NCBI GenBank assembly: GCA_010356995.1
Contig: ML996704.1
Coordinates: 310,001 to 374,000 of the forward strand
Length of the DNA stretch: 64,000 nucleotides
From: Trichodelitschia bisporula
Lineage: Eukaryota
Reading direction: 5' to 3'
The notes below the pieces were generated by a model. The model was not told the DNA's origin and did no database searches. It saw only the letters and a program-made list of their open reading frames with translations. How positions within the stretch are numbered: the first letter of the stretch is position 1; every line of letters begins with the position of its first letter. Made by a program: the position numbers and the translations under genes. This document shows, piece by piece, positions 38,659 through 52,304 of the stretch.

Positions 38659-39956
38659 CTAGTGCTTCGCCGTGACGGCTTCGCCCGTGACCTTTTCAAC
38701 CCAGTCCTTGGCACTGCCCACCATGTTAGCGATACCCCACCAACAAAAAGAAAACTCACAGATCACCCAACGCAACCATGCACACCGTCTGCCAAACGCC
38801 GAGCCCAATGCGCGGAGTAACGCCACGGTACAAACCCTTCAGGCCGTTCGACTGATAGATGTACTTGAAGGTGTTGCCAACCGTCATCTTCTTCGGCCGG
38901 TTGGGGTCCTCCTTCTTGCTCTGCATCTCCACACGGATGACCTCGATGGGCTGGTTCCAGGCGCTCAGCCCACCACCCAGCGCGCTAGCGAGGATCTTCT
39001 CGCCAACGCCCAGCTTCTCGCCGTCTGCCTTGCCCGTGAAGCTACGGATACCGTTCTCGGCCACGCGGCTCAGACCGAAGCGTGAGCCCCAGTTGGTCAC
39101 CTGGCGCACGGCGACGGCATTGACACCCTTGTTGATGCCGCGAATGCCCTCGGCACGGTAGATGCCCATGAAGGTCTCAATGGTGCCCGGCGGCTTCGCG
39201 CCGCCCGCCGCCGCCTTGTGCTTGGTGATCTCGACCGTCTTCATGCACGTGCAGAAGCCCATGGTGGCGTAGGCCTGGGCAAGACCGCCGACCATACCGC
39301 CAGTGATGCCGCTGACGAAGTTCGACGCGCCAAAACTAGCGGCATAGTATTCGGCCTCGGAGGCGACGAAGAGGAGGACGGCGCCCTTGGTGGAGGCTTC
39401 GATCCAGGCCTGTGAAGAGGTTAGAGATAACAGGAAAAAGCAATTTGACCGCGAGGTCAAAATTTACTGACCCAAGGAATGAGGCCTTGGTAGACTGCCG
39501 CGTAATTAGTTTGGACGTCTCAATGAAGCTGGGAGGGGATGCTTACAGCCAAAGACACCGCCACGGCCCCAAACTCGCGCAATCGCACCGGCCATGCCAT
39601 CGCTCCGATGCGCGGCCATGGTGGTCTTGGTGACTTCCAATGGCTAACACGGCGTTAGAAATGTCCATTGCGACGCAACTGCCATCTCAATGCATACCTG
39701 TCCGAGAGTCGTGACTCTGAAGGCTATGGTCAGCGCATGCTCCGCTATCGCTCGCGAATGTGTGGGGGTGGATTGTGGGGTTAGGCTAGACGTACTCGAA
39801 CATGTTCAGGCCGGCACCGACTGCATCGCATCGTCAGCATTCGCTCTACGGGATTCGCACAACCAAAGCCGACTCACGCAGCAAGTTGCTGAACTTGACG
39901 GGCTTCTTTTCAGGCATGGGCGGCCGAGCGCCAGCGACAGCTGCGGGAGCGGACAT
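38659..39956 (-). CDS. YHM2: Mitochondrial citrate/2-oxoglutarate carrier (Yhm2/YhmA)
   Basis: [97 protein letters not shown]; 7 exons, three of them 19-25 nt. Confidence 0.96.
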
Positions 39957-40229
39957 GTAGACGTTGGATTGCTGAGTAGGGGGCCGGACCGAGGCAAGAG
40001 TGGGGAGCGTTTCCGCGAGATTCTACAATTCGAAAGGGAGAGGGGAGAGATGAAGATGCAAGGACAAGACGAGATAGAGTGAGAGAGTCAAAATATGGAG
40101 GAGGAAGAGGAGTGGAGGTTGTGAGTTGTGGCTTTTTGTTGCGCCAAGATGATAGAGAGCAGTTCAGCGACCAGCTTGCCAATCCTCCAGTCAGCTCTTC
40201 TCACCCCCATCATCCATGCCCCAATATTT

Positions 40230-40274
40230 CCCCCCTCCCCCTCCCCCTCCCCCTCACTCTCTCTCTCTCTCTCT
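40230..40274. repeat. (CCCCCT)n plus (CT)9 pyrimidine microsatellite upstream of YHM2
   Basis: Read directly from the sequence. Confidence 0.8.
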
Positions 40275-41949
40275 GCCTTTTCTCCACCCCCAAGGGCCGA
40301 AAAATGTGGAGGTTTTTGCTCACCCCGCCGAAAGGGACACCTAACGGCTTAACGAACACCCACCCGCTCAGCTCGGCTCCGCCTTGTCTAAGTTTAGTGC
40401 TTCCGTAGCGGGTCTTACCGCAGCCTCGGGGTCTTTGTCCGTTACTTTCGCTCTCGTACGGAGTATGACGAGAATTGACGTCTGCATCATTCACCGCTGT
40501 TGCTTGAGGAGTGAAGGAATCAGAAAAGTGTCTATATCAGACCCAATTAAGTTCAATTCCCATCGCAATCCGGCCATGCCTGCAATTCTCTGCAGGGCAC
40601 AGCAAGGATCGACGGCAGCACGCAATTGGAGACAAAATGTCAATCAGCGCCAAACGGTGAATGGTTGAGACGAGACGAGACTTCGCTGAAAAAGTACGGG
40701 AGGTAGGCTGTTCGGTTCCCCAATGCGAATGCCGTTGTGCCTGATCCCTCGGCCCCATCGATGCCTCATCTGAAGGAGCGAACGAGCCTCAACAAAACAC
40801 CCCCAACCGTCAACCTTCAACGAGCTCCGCTGAGTGAGGCTGGTGCCGCTGACCGCGGTCCTTGCAACCCTGCAAGCCTTCAGTGTCGTTGTGCAAAAGA
40901 AGATGAAGCAAACATACGGCCTTCTAGAAGGACTACGGCACATGGCCTTACTGGGTATTGCACACCTTACCGTAAAAGCGTCCAGGTCAAGGGTGAAGGA
41001 AACAGGCGATGCTGCAAGAGAATTGGGACCAAAGAACCACGGCCTTGCACGCAACATGCGGATTGCCCAGACCCAGTGAACATCAAACAAAGAAAATGAT
41101 ATCAGTCTCACATCCCATTTCAGGCCGCTCCCATTCCGACCCATCGGTTGTTGTCCTTTCTGCATGTCTGACACCTCCATCGATTTCACATGCATCTCCT
41201 AGGATATCGCAACCCTCCTCGGCGCCTCGTGCCTTTGCCGTCGGCCCTGCCGAGACTCGGGACCCGATCCACTCCTTCCCCCTCGGACCCACTACCTCCT
41301 CCACATCTACCCCGACCTAACTCGGTATGCCGCATCATCTGACGCATCATCCCTTCGCCTATCCCATCGGCATAACATTGGAGCTTGCTTAAGGCGCGGA
41401 CGCGAACGCCAGATATGGCGTAGTAACCGGCTCCCATTGAGCCTTTCCGCTTCGGCCAGGCCTCTTCATCCCGTTGCCGTTAACCTCGCCATATGCAAGA
41501 CCTCGGGTGGGTTTGTCTAGCGTTCTTTCCTAACCGCCCAAACCCTGCTATTATTTTCGCCCCTCCGCTGTCGGAGCCCACCACGGTCCGCCCGGCTAGC
41601 GACCCGTCTCCCCACAATCATACTCGACTTCTTCCGGTAACCGTTGACAGCGATCCAGCCTCGTGACAATCACGACTTCACAAACGAGACCAAATAGCCA
41701 ATCACGCATGCAATTCTCATAGATCACATGACCAAATTTCACAGCTATATATAACCTTAAGAAGCCACAACAAACCGCACACCCTCCGCACTGCGCGGGC
41801 GCATCTTTCCACACTGAGCCAGCAGCCAGGAAAACCTCAACCAACCCGGCTCAGCTCTAAAATCGGAAAGACCGCGCATGCCCCCCAGCGTCCCTCTTCG
41901 CCAGAGACACCATGGCCGCCTTGCACGCATCATACACGGCTAGAACGCG

Positions 41950-43131
41950 TCAGCGCCGGCAACCACGGTTCCCACGAGAGAAGCGGCCATTACATTGTCC
42001 GTTGTTCTGCTTGGGCGGCGGGCCCTGGCCTCTTTGGGGGGGAGCAGACCCGCCCTGGCCGCCGGTGTTGTTCTGCACGGGGGCTGCGGACGATGCCGGC
42101 GCCGCCGTCGTGCTCGTCTTCAGCGTCGTGGCTGGGAGAGTGGTCGCGGGAGCCGCCACGCTCGACGGCTTGGTAGCCGGAACGGTAGCCGCTGGCGCCG
42201 CCGCGCTGGACGCCTTGGACGCAGCCGGGGCGGCGGACGCAACGGGCGCGGGAGCGGAGCCGCTCGAGGAGCCGTCGAAGACGGCAGGGCCGGGGACCGG
42301 GTACTCGGAGGTCGAAGTGAACTTGCGGTAGATGTCGAAGATGATCTAGCTAGGGTTAGAGTGGGAATTTGAGAGGGGGGCAGGGGGCACGTACGCCCGG
42401 GTCAGTGCTCTTGTACAGCGAGGTGCCTGCCACGCCGGCGGGGCTGGCGGTTCCGGAGCCGGTGACTTGGATGTTGATGCACTGCGGGTAGGCCTGCGCG
42501 CCGTTCTCCTGGCCTGCGCTGTGCAGTGCAATGGTCTCGTGGCGCAGGACGTAGTTGCCGGGCTTGATTGAGGCGGGGATTTTGACGCTCCAGGTGCTCG
42601 CGTTCTTGATCATGTCGTCGGAGGCGAAGTTGGGAGGGGTCTAGGGGGGGGCCGTTAGTACAATCATCCGCTGACAAGTTCTAGGAGAAGACATACGCCC
42701 GCCGGGTTTGTAATGCCCACGCCATCGATCTTGAAGAACTTAAGCTGCGTCTTGTCCACCGTGGTGCAGTCGGAGCCGCAGTCGGCGAGATAGTCCATAA
42801 CAGGGCCCTTGTGCGAGTCGGGCCACACTGTCCACTGCAGGTCGATCGTCTCGCCGGCGACCACCTGCGCCACGGCCTTGCCTGGCGTCGCGCCCTTGTG
42901 GCAGATGATGTCCGGGCTGCCGAAGCTGGCCGGCTCGACGAAGCCGCGGTCCTGCGTCAGCGGTGCGGTCCACCCGATCACGGCCGGCGGCGTCGGCTGG
43001 TACTGGAAGTCCGGGCTGTAGCCTTGGTAGGTCTTGGTCCCGCCGACGACGATCTTGGTCACGATGCCGTGGGCGGCGACGTGGGTTGCCAGGGTGGCGA
43101 GGAGGGAAGCGGTGATGAGTGATTTGGTCAT
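41950..43131 (-). CDS. AA9 (GH61) lytic polysaccharide monooxygenase with low-complexity C-terminal extension, no CBM1
   Basis: Signal peptide ending ...HVAA then His1 (HGIV); DIICHK, SHKGPV (second His), [24 protein letters not shown] (axial Tyr); 3 exons; TATA-like element near 43320. Confidence 0.96.
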
Positions 43132-43393
43132 GGTTGCGATTGGTGCAAAGGTAACTGTGTACAAAGAATGGTAATGATAGTCCGGTTAAAAAGAGTGGAA
43201 TGGACTTTTTGTTGTCGAACCGTCCAGGGTCGATCAGAAAGTGTAAAGGTGAAGTGGAAGTAAAGAACGTGTGGCTCAGCCTGTTGTTTGGTTGGAGAGG
43301 TTACGAGGGAGTCGGGCGAATATATACCATCATGGTGGAGATGTCAACTCCTGTTGATCTGTGTCAGGGGAGGCTGGCAACTGGCGTCAACGG

Positions 43394-43860
43394 CCCCGCC
43401 AGCGCCAGCTAGCCTCGTAGTCAAACAGGTACCAGTCAAGAGACGGCAAGTCTCAGGCCAGGCAAACATCGCCCAACCTCCCGCAGACGGGGATTTAGCC
43501 GTTCACCCAGGGGTGTCCGAACGACGGTGAATTATGCCACAGGCGCCCGGTCCTCGGGGCCAGAGCCGCAAACCGGGTCGAACCCACCCATGCAGACGGG
43601 AGATCAACGGCCAGGCACGAGTCGGACATGAAAAGTCCAGACGGCGCTACGTATGAAGGGTTTTGGTGAAATGCCGGACAAGTGCATCGGCGGCGGCGCC
43701 GGCGGGATTCAAGCATTGACAAGGCTGCGGCTAGGCTTCGAATGCCGAGTGAGTGCGGGGCGTGGAAGACGGGCCGGCTGTGGACCAATGGAGGAGAGAT
43801 TGTTTGAGTGTTCGTGCGGCGGCGAGTGCACTTGGCGAGTGAGACCAACCGCTGGGCTAG
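43394..43860. promoter_or_regulatory. Putative XlnR/Xyr1 (GGCTAR), ClrB-type (CGG-N8-CCG) and CreA (SYGGRG) sites upstream of the AA9 gene
   Basis: GGCTAR on either strand at 43409, 43495, 43729 and 43855; CGG-N8-CCG at 43688-43701 (low complexity); SYGGRG at 43394 (reverse strand) and ~43755. Short motifs, so chance matches are possible. Confidence 0.35.
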
Positions 43861-45790
43861 AGCTGGATGCTTTGGCATCGGGATGGGGTTGCTAGGCGCT
43901 GTCATTGTTGCACTGCTTCAGGCCGCACGACTCGAAATAGCGTTGTCCTTCGAAATGACCCAACGTCATGGAGTTTATGCACACACCCGATCCTGCTTCC
44001 GATTGCGAAGGGAACTGTTCGATGAAGTCACGAGATCTTTATGCAGGAGTGAGTTATTTGACAGATCGTCTCGAACTTCGAACCTGCAGACGGATGGCAA
44101 CCGTCAACGCATAACATGGCAACCGGAGAATTTCAGAATAGCGCGCTTGCACCTGCCCAGACAAAAGGACCGCGGGACGGGAGGAGATGAAACGCAACAT
44201 GCTCCAAGACGCTGCCATGCCGCTGCCACGCCATGCCCCTGTTCGGCCTTGCGCGCGAAAAATGGCAGGACGGAGCGGAGATATTCGACGGGAGATGGCG
44301 AATGCAGGAACGGTTGACCGTCTCTTACAGCACAATCCAGGTGGTGGATGTTTGATGAAGTCGAGACTCAAGGCTCGATGTTGCCCGCTCCACGTGTAGC
44401 GGGGCTTGTTGCGCCCGTTGCGCCAGCCCGATGTCCACGATCCACGAACCCGGTTCTGAGCGCGGGTGTGGCGGTCTTGACATGCAGGCATTTGAGCCGC
44501 CAGCCCTCCCCTTCATTTCGGCCTGCTTGTTGCAAAGAGGCGAGCTTAGGATCACGGAAGAACCTCCGGGATGTACGGTATACTTTTGAATTCAGTGGCC
44601 TTTGTCGTGCTCGAGGCTAGTGTTTGGAGAAAATATTGCTGTGGGCTTGCCTAGTTGAGGTGGATCGAAACTGATCGTGATGGTGACGGTCTTGAGTGGG
44701 GCATATTGACAATTGAAGCACCAGAAACAGATGAAGACAAGACGAGCTCAATGGCTCATCCCGCCAGCCGGTGACCTCATCACCTGTCACTAGTCAAAAG
44801 TCAATATCCTCCAACCACCTGAATCTTGCCCAGCCACCAAGCTACCCCTCACGAACCATGAGTAGCAATCTCCACTATGCCCCTCCCTCCAACCCCAAGG
44901 CACTTGACCCCTAAGTAAAGCCCATGAGAAGAACCATCATCAATCACACAAACGCCACAGCCCCTCACTGTCCTGACGTCCCGCACCTGAAAGCCTCACC
45001 GTCGACGGTCGCTCCATCAGTGAATCTTATTCTGGACGCAGACGTACTCAGTTCACTCCGTCGCCGTTGATGGCGTGTCTACGCCTCGAAATCCGGAATT
45101 ATCACCGGGTGACGAGTCGCAGACTTTGCCACTGTCTCCGTGAAATATGGTAGCTAGGACTCAAATGTCACCCTGGAGTGCTGACATGGTCGGCCGAAAG
45201 TACAGAGTACGCCCGAATGGAACGAGAGTGCCCGAGGAGCGGCTCAGGATCAAATGTCCAGCACATCCCTTGACATTTCTCCTTGTTCCCCTGACTACCA
45301 TCCATGATGTGCTGAAGTTTGAAGCGTCATTAGTTCATGATCAAGGGAGACAGATTCTCAAGTCAACATTTGCATTTTACTGAAGGATACGATCACAAGC
45401 GGAGCTGGCGGAATTCCAGGCAGGCTTTCCATCCAGAACCATCCCTTTGCTACGACCTTACAAGTCAATGTTGAACCGAAGAACTACTGCCGTTTACCCG
45501 CTTTTGTGCGCAGCAGATTACACTAGCACAAAACAATCCTACAGTACCCGAATCCGCCGTTACGCCCATGCATACCTTACACACAAAATCGAATACGGAA
45601 GCTGAACAGGGTCGAGAGGAGGAATCGAGATCTCGGAGGTTTACTGGTCCGGGATACTAGAATATACACAAGGTTTTACGAGAATCATACTGTGGTTTGT
45701 GCCTTTGGGACTCTGGTGCACTGGACAACGCATGCGACAGCGTCACGGCTTAGAAGTTGTCGCAGGCCTACGGGTACGTGCGAAATACGG

Positions 45791-48304
45791 CTAGCGGTAG
45801 CTGTAAGGCATGCCCGGAAGCGGCACGCCGAAAGTGGGGACTGGCGGTGGGGGCCCGATGGTATTCGGCTCTGGCGCATGGCTATCGACAGGGCGAGGCT
45901 CGGAACGATCGGGCTTGCGGAAGCGAGCGCCGGAATCGTGTCCGCGGCGCCCATGGAAGTTACCACCGCGCTGGTTGGGACCTCCACGACGGCTGATGGC
46001 TGATGTGAAGTTAGTTCTAGTCCTGCCATGCTGAAAGAATGCTGAAAGAGTATTGGGAAATAAGAGATTTGGCATGTACCTTTGGAAGATGGTCCCGCAC
46101 CGATTTCGATGTCCGGCTCCTCAACAATGACGCCACTCTCAATAGGCTTGCCTCCAGTGCCACCGAAGTCAGCGTTCAGCATCCACTTCTTGTCAGCTTC
46201 CGTGAGCGTGGAGATTGGAATGATGCTCTGGCCAGTGTTGTAGTCCGCACAGTGGGTGGGACCGTAACCGACGGCCCAGTTGATCTGTCAGAGTTAGCAG
46301 AGAAGCGGTGCTAAAAGCAAATATAACGTACGCGCTCGAACAGTGGGCGATACTCCGAATCGGGCATCTGCGCGATGGCAGTTTTGGCGGCAATGGCATC
46401 TTGGTGGCTAATCAACTTCAAAAACGCATGGCGCTTTTCGGGGTTAACGATGCACGACTGAACTTGACCGTATTGGCGCATGAAGGCAACAAGCTCGGCC
46501 TCACTAGTCCTGTGAACAGTTAGCAATCTGGGGGAGAAGCTGGAGAAGAAACTTACTTGACGCCTCCAACAAATAGAGTTCTGCTGAGCACTAAGCACAG
46601 TTAGCTACGCGTGGCAAGGGATAATCATTGGGTGATACCTTTTATACTTCCAGCAGGAAGCTTGTTGTCGTAGCCGATAGGCTTGGGCATGTTGCTGTGG
46701 GGCACATTGCCGGGTGGTATGTTCGCCTGAGGAGCCTGGTGACGTTCCCTCGACGGAGGAGGGGACCGCTGACGGTAGTCATTGCGTCCACCACGCCCCT
46801 TACCGCGCCCACGGCGGTTCTCAAAGTCCATATGATGCGGCGCTTCGGCCTGAGCAGCTTGCGGGTCGTACACCCCATACGTCGGGCTGTCTCTGCGGTT
46901 GGGAGGGGAGTGCCGCCTACGCTTGTAGTCGGGCGATCGGCTACGCTCACGATCGCGCTCACGATCCCGCGGCATGTACTGCTGGTCTTCGTAGCTACGC
47001 GAATGACTCTCCTGGCCGCTGTATGTACCGTAGGTGGGCTGGGCAACCACAAATGGGGCCATTGGGGTAACAGACGGAGCAGCTACAGGCTGAAAGGCTG
47101 ACTGAGCCTGTCCCGCAAGCTGTGGAAGCGCACTAATCACAGCTACAAGCTGTTCAGGTGAGATCTGAGTGGCGAGCTGTTGCAGCAATTGAAGCTGAGA
47201 AGGCAGAGGATTCGTAACCCCACCTTGAGTAATTGCAGCAATCGGAGCCGCCTGCTGGCTGTAGCTACTGGACTGAGCCTGCCCGTTTTGCGGGAATGAA
47301 GCTTGAGGGACAGGATTTGGCTGCGTCACAACATTGGGCTGCGCAATAGGAGTGGGCTGTGGATAAGACGACATACTGACCGGCTGGCCGGAGGGCACAG
47401 TGTACGGGTTTACGTTTGTGTAGGTTGACGCCATGGGAACAGGAGCAGCTGCAACGGGAGCAACCTGGTGCTGGGCGGGTGGCTGATGCTGCTGCAGGCT
47501 GGCTAGAAGACTCAAGATGCCTCCATCGCTGGGAGCATTGTTTGCCTGGGGTGGCTGCATGGTCGCTTGAGCCTGTGAGTTTCCAGTGTGCACGCTGGCG
47601 TAGTTTGATGCAGAAGGTTGACCGTTAGAAGGGGCCGGTGCAGGCTTTGCAGATGAAGTGACAGTGGGAGCTGAGGTGTGTTAGCCTCTCATAACACGCA
47701 CGCTCCGGTACTTACCAGAGATTCCGGCAAGCTTCCGCTTGAAATCGGAGAGCATGACTTCGGGGAAGGTCTTGGAGCTGACCCAGATGTCGATAAGCTT
47801 CTGAATGCGCTCCTGCAGAAGGTTAGCAAAGGGACATGCTTACGTTAGAACTCAAGGCTGGTGAATCCGAGACTGCCGAGTTGAAGGCATACCTTTTGAT
47901 TCTCGGGTGCAACAGCGATAAGCTCGCCCATCATGTTTGGCAGTATGGCCGCGATCTGCGCCAGAGCGCCCGTACCCTGGCCAGCGTACCATTGCCGGGC
48001 AACGGAGTCTACGATGTAAAGGATGCCGAGCTTGTGAGTCGCGGGGCTCTGCTGGAAGGCTTCGTGCATAGCTTGAACGGCAGCATTGCGATCGATCTAC
48101 GGATCACTTCATCAGTTAAATGTTACGGCCGAGAGGAGCAGTAGTTAACAATACCGAGTTTTTCGCGGGGTCGTCGCAAAGGCAGAGCGCGCTGATAGCC
48201 GCGACTTTGGACTTATTTACGCCCGGTGGCTTCAGAGTCTGCAGCGACTGCAGAAGAGCTCTGAGCTCCTCTAGCGAGGCTTTCTTGGGGGCTCCAGCTT
48301 CCAT
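45791..48304 (-). CDS. NRD1: Nrd1/Seb1-family RNA-binding protein (CID + RRM), NrdA
   Basis: CID: LKPPGVNKSK, THKLGILYIVDSVARQW; RS/RE-rich segment; RRM: KVLSRTLFVGG, VQSCIVNPEKRHAFLKL, WAVGYGP, GGTGGKPIESGVIVEEPDIEIGAG; multi-exon. Confidence 0.93.
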
Positions 48305-49990
48305 GGACACAAAGGTAATACTGCCTACAGGAGACCTGGTAGCTAGGTAGTGGGTGGGGGGAATAACGAGCACGAATGGGGCAGAGATGTTCCTCGTCAG
48401 CTGGACGGGTGTATGAAAGTGTCAGACTGGCAGGCTACGAATGATGATTTTGGCTAGGGATGCGAGCCGCAGAGTAAAGAAGGGAGACGTGAACGTTGCC
48501 TAAGGAGGCGCGAAGGCAAGAGCGCAGTTTCTCAGAGCAGACCTAGGGGAAGAACGTGGAGTTGAAGTGGACAGGTGAAGTAGTGCGCAAGGAAGCGCAG
48601 CGCGGACTCAGTGCGGACGATAAATGCTGAGGCGTTGACGCGAATTCGAGGTGGTCGGTCGATGGAGTCTTTGTCTTTCTTGGAAGAATGAAGCGCAGCG
48701 ATCGGGGAGAAGTGAAGCGTTGGTTTCGCCTTTGTCCACGTGATGGTACTTGGGGGCGCACGTGCCAGGATCTAGAGCTAGCAGGATAAATGCTTTTTCT
48801 GAAAACACAAAAGTCCGGGGTAGATGCCAAGGGCCACCTGAAAAAGGTTGTGGCCGTCTCTGTCCCCAAAAACGACCAACAGATCAGCTACGACTTTTTC
48901 GCGTGGTCCTCGTGCCATTATCAACTCCCAGATCTCAACTCTCAGCATCTCATCGCATAACCAGTCGCTGAGTATTTGGCCACCTTCAGAGATGAAATGC
49001 TAACACCGATTCCAGCTACCTTGCTTAAACTACGTGTCGGCCATTGCCTCTCGAGTAGCCAGAAGGACTTACGAAATCGGGCTTATTCTCTTTGCTTCTG
49101 TTCGTGAGCCTTCCAGTGCAATCGTGACCCGGAGTGGAGTCTTACGATAGTATCTCCTCGGTGACATCAGACAAAGTCTCGGGTGTGCTGAACATCACCT
49201 TCAAAGGAGCTCTATGAGCAGATATCGCAAAGTTCGACATCAGCGTGTCGCGAAAGTGGAGGAGGTGCGGCCATCGCCTTACCCGTCTGCTATACGGTTC
49301 AGCTTCCATCTACTTTCCAGCCTGGCGTAGCAAAACATATCCCACCTTTGGCTGATTGCGCCCCGCTTTCAATTCGATTTGTGAGGTTGATGGTGCTGGA
49401 ACCATTGACAGGCCCGTAACGGCATCTCGACCGGGCCAGGCTGACTTCCCGACACCCGACGATCACCAGAGTCCCGAGAGTCCGGGTAACATTATGGACA
49501 AGCTGCTCACAGGGCGCTAATGGGCCGTAAACTGACGGGAAACTACCCTACGGTTTCTGATGACGTTCTCAGTACACTGAAAGTACGTGGAGCTTCCGGA
49601 ACCAGATCGTAGACCTTTGGCGCAACCTCGCTGGAACCATCATCAGAAGTTTGACATGTCTTCCTCTCGGAGAACCTTCCCTCCGTCGAGCAGGCAGATA
49701 ACCCAGTAAGCTCTACCGATATTGACGAAGAGGTTGAAGTCGATTCCTTGTGCAGGTATATGCTGACTGGGGAGAAATGCGTATTGTGGTATTTATATAG
49801 ATATTACTAATGGCAGCACAGCGGAAGGAGTGTCGTGGTAACTAGCAATCTGATGGTGACTCGGACCGCAACATTGAAGACAAACAGAACAATGAGCAAT
49901 TGCAATTGCAAGTCGTACTCCTTGCTCAGTACATTTGAGTGGACACATTTTTATGGGATGCCCCTTTGGTCAGCAAGATGTAAAAGGCCT

Positions 49991-50269
49991 CCAATTGGCG
50001 TACGCTAACGCTCAACCGAATGCCGTGTAGGGAGTACGCAGGTGAGCAGAAGGAAAATGTCTCGGAAGTCTGATGAGACTCAATGGTTTACGGGGGTACA
50101 AGGCGTGCACCTCGGGCCTTGCACCGCCCAAAAAGCCGTGGAGCCGTGGAGCCGGCGGCCTGCAAAAAAAAAAGTTGAGCCAAGGCCGCTTCCTTCCTGG
50201 GATCGATGGCTTGCAGTCGCTGTCGTCAGGTGTTGCTGTTGGTGATGCTGTTGGGTGAAATGGCTGGGG
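49991..50269. promoter_or_regulatory. CCAAT box and CreA-like sites in the citrate synthase promoter
   Basis: CCAATTGG at 49991; tandem GTGGAG at 50138 and 50146; CTGGGG at 50264. Short motifs. Confidence 0.3.
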
Positions 50270-50505
50270 TTGGCTGATCGTCCGAGTGTCCGATTGTCCG
50301 ACTGGGCCGTGGTGGGTTTGAAGCTCTGACGTTTTTTCTTCTCACCAAAAACTGCCCCAAGCCTAGGGAGCAGCTTGCCGCTAGTAAAAAGCGCGCACCC
50401 GCCCTATCTACCACTTCTCAATCCCGAATCTCTCCTCCACGTAAAAATTCCACCTTCCTCCCCCCTCCTCCACCTATTACTCCCCCACAACACATCTGTT
50501 TCAAT

Positions 50506-52304
50506 ATGGCTTCAGCTTTGCGGCTCAGCTCCACCACCCTCCGCGCTTCGTCGCTCTACTCCTCCGCGCCTGTGCGGTCGGCGGCCTTCAATGGCTTCCG
50601 CGCTTATTCCACCGGCAAAACTCAGGTTCGTCCGCTCCGGCACGATGCAGAGACACTAGCGGGATCTAACTTAATTCACATCTACAGTCGCTGAAGGAAA
50701 CCTTCGCCGCGAAGATCCCCGGCGAGATTGAGAAGATCAAGAAGCTCAAGAAGTATGCCCTCCCTTCTCGCAACCTACACAAAGTGAAAAATTGCAATTG
50801 GCACTGAGATATCTGTCGCCAATTCGGTCTCGCATCGGGACCCGCTCTTAGCGCATCGGACAATTCATTGAGCTGTTTACGGTCCTTGGCATCGAGCGGA
50901 AGCTGACGGCATTGTTACAGAGAGTATGGCAGCAAGGTCGTCGGCGAGGTCACTCTCGATCAGGTGTATGGTGGTGCTCGTGGCATTAAGTCCCTCGTCT
51001 GGGAGGTATGCTCGCCCAATTGCAAGCGATGGCGTGATAATTAACGTGGCTCGCAGGGTTCCGTCCTCGATTCGGAGGAGGGCATTCGCTTCCGCGGCAA
51101 GACGGTACGACGGGTCTCGAGTCCGAACATCACAACGCTCACATTCCTAGATTCCCGAGTGCCAGCAGGTGCTGCCGAAGGCGCCCGGTGGCTCGGAGCC
51201 GCTCCCTGAGGGTCTCTTCTGGCTGCTCTTGACCGGAGAGGTTCCCTCCGAGCAGCAGGTTCGCGACTTGTCGGCCGAGTGGGCTGCGCGCTCCGATGTC
51301 CCCAAGTACGTGGAGGAGCTCATCGACCGTTGCCCGAACGACCTGCACCCCATGGCTCAGCTGTCCATTGCCGTCTCCGCTCTTGAGCGCGAGTCTGCTT
51401 TCGCCAAGGCCTACGAGCGCGGCATTCCCAAGTCGCAGTACTGGGAGCACACCTTCGAGGACTCGATGGACCTGATCGCGAAGCTGCCCTCCATTGCTGC
51501 CCGCATCTACCGCAACGTGTACAAGGATGGCAAGGTCGCTCCGGTCCAGAAGGACAAGGATTACGGCTTCAACTTGGCCAACCAGCTCGGCTTCGCCGAC
51601 AACAAGGACTTCGTTGAGCTGATGCGTCTTTACCTGACCATTCACTCTGACCACGAGGGTGGCAACGTCAGTGCCCACACTACCCACCTGGTCGGCTCGG
51701 CTCTCAGCTCGGCGTATCTGTCCCTGGCCGCCGGTCTAAACGGTCTGGCCGGTCCCCTCCACGGCCTGTGAGTATTGTCCTCGGCACCTCTGCACACTAG
51801 CTAACTTTCCGCAGTGCCAACCAGGAGGTCCTCCGCTGGCTCCAGAAGATGAAGGCTACGATCGGCAACGACCTTAGCGACGAGGCCATCAAGGACTACC
51901 TGTGGTCGACGCTCAAGGCCGGCCAGGTCGTACCCGGCTACGGCCATGCCGTGCTGCGCAAGACGGACCCGCGTTACGTGTCGCAGCGCGAGTTTGCGCA
52001 GAAGCATCTGCCCGACGACCCGATGTTCAAGCTCGTCAGCCAGGTCTACAAGATCGCCCCCGGCGTTTTGACCGAGCACGGCAAGACCAAGAACCCGTAC
52101 CCCAACGTCGACGCCCACTCGGGTGTCCTGCTGCAGTACTACGGCCTCACCGAGCAGAACTACTACACCGTTCTGTTCGGCGTGTCCCGCGCGCTCGGCG
52201 TTCTGCCGCAGCTCATCATCGACCGTGCCGTTGGCGCGCCGATTGAGCGCCCCAAGTCGTTCAGCACGGAGGCGTATGCCAAGCTGGTCGGTGCGAAGTT
52301 CTAA
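50506..52304 (+). CDS. CIT1: Citrate synthase, mitochondrial (CitA)
   Basis: Presequence MASALRLSS...; [83 protein letters not shown]; 6 exons; ends AKF*. Confidence 0.98.

Noticed and set aside
40300..41900. Short ORFs between YHM2 and the AA9 gene
   Set aside because: No coding signature or domain; probably regulatory or UTR sequence.
49557..49590. CTGATGA...GAAA resembling a hammerhead ribozyme core
   Set aside because: No proper stem II closes between CUGAUGA and GAAA, and I could not find stems I and III.
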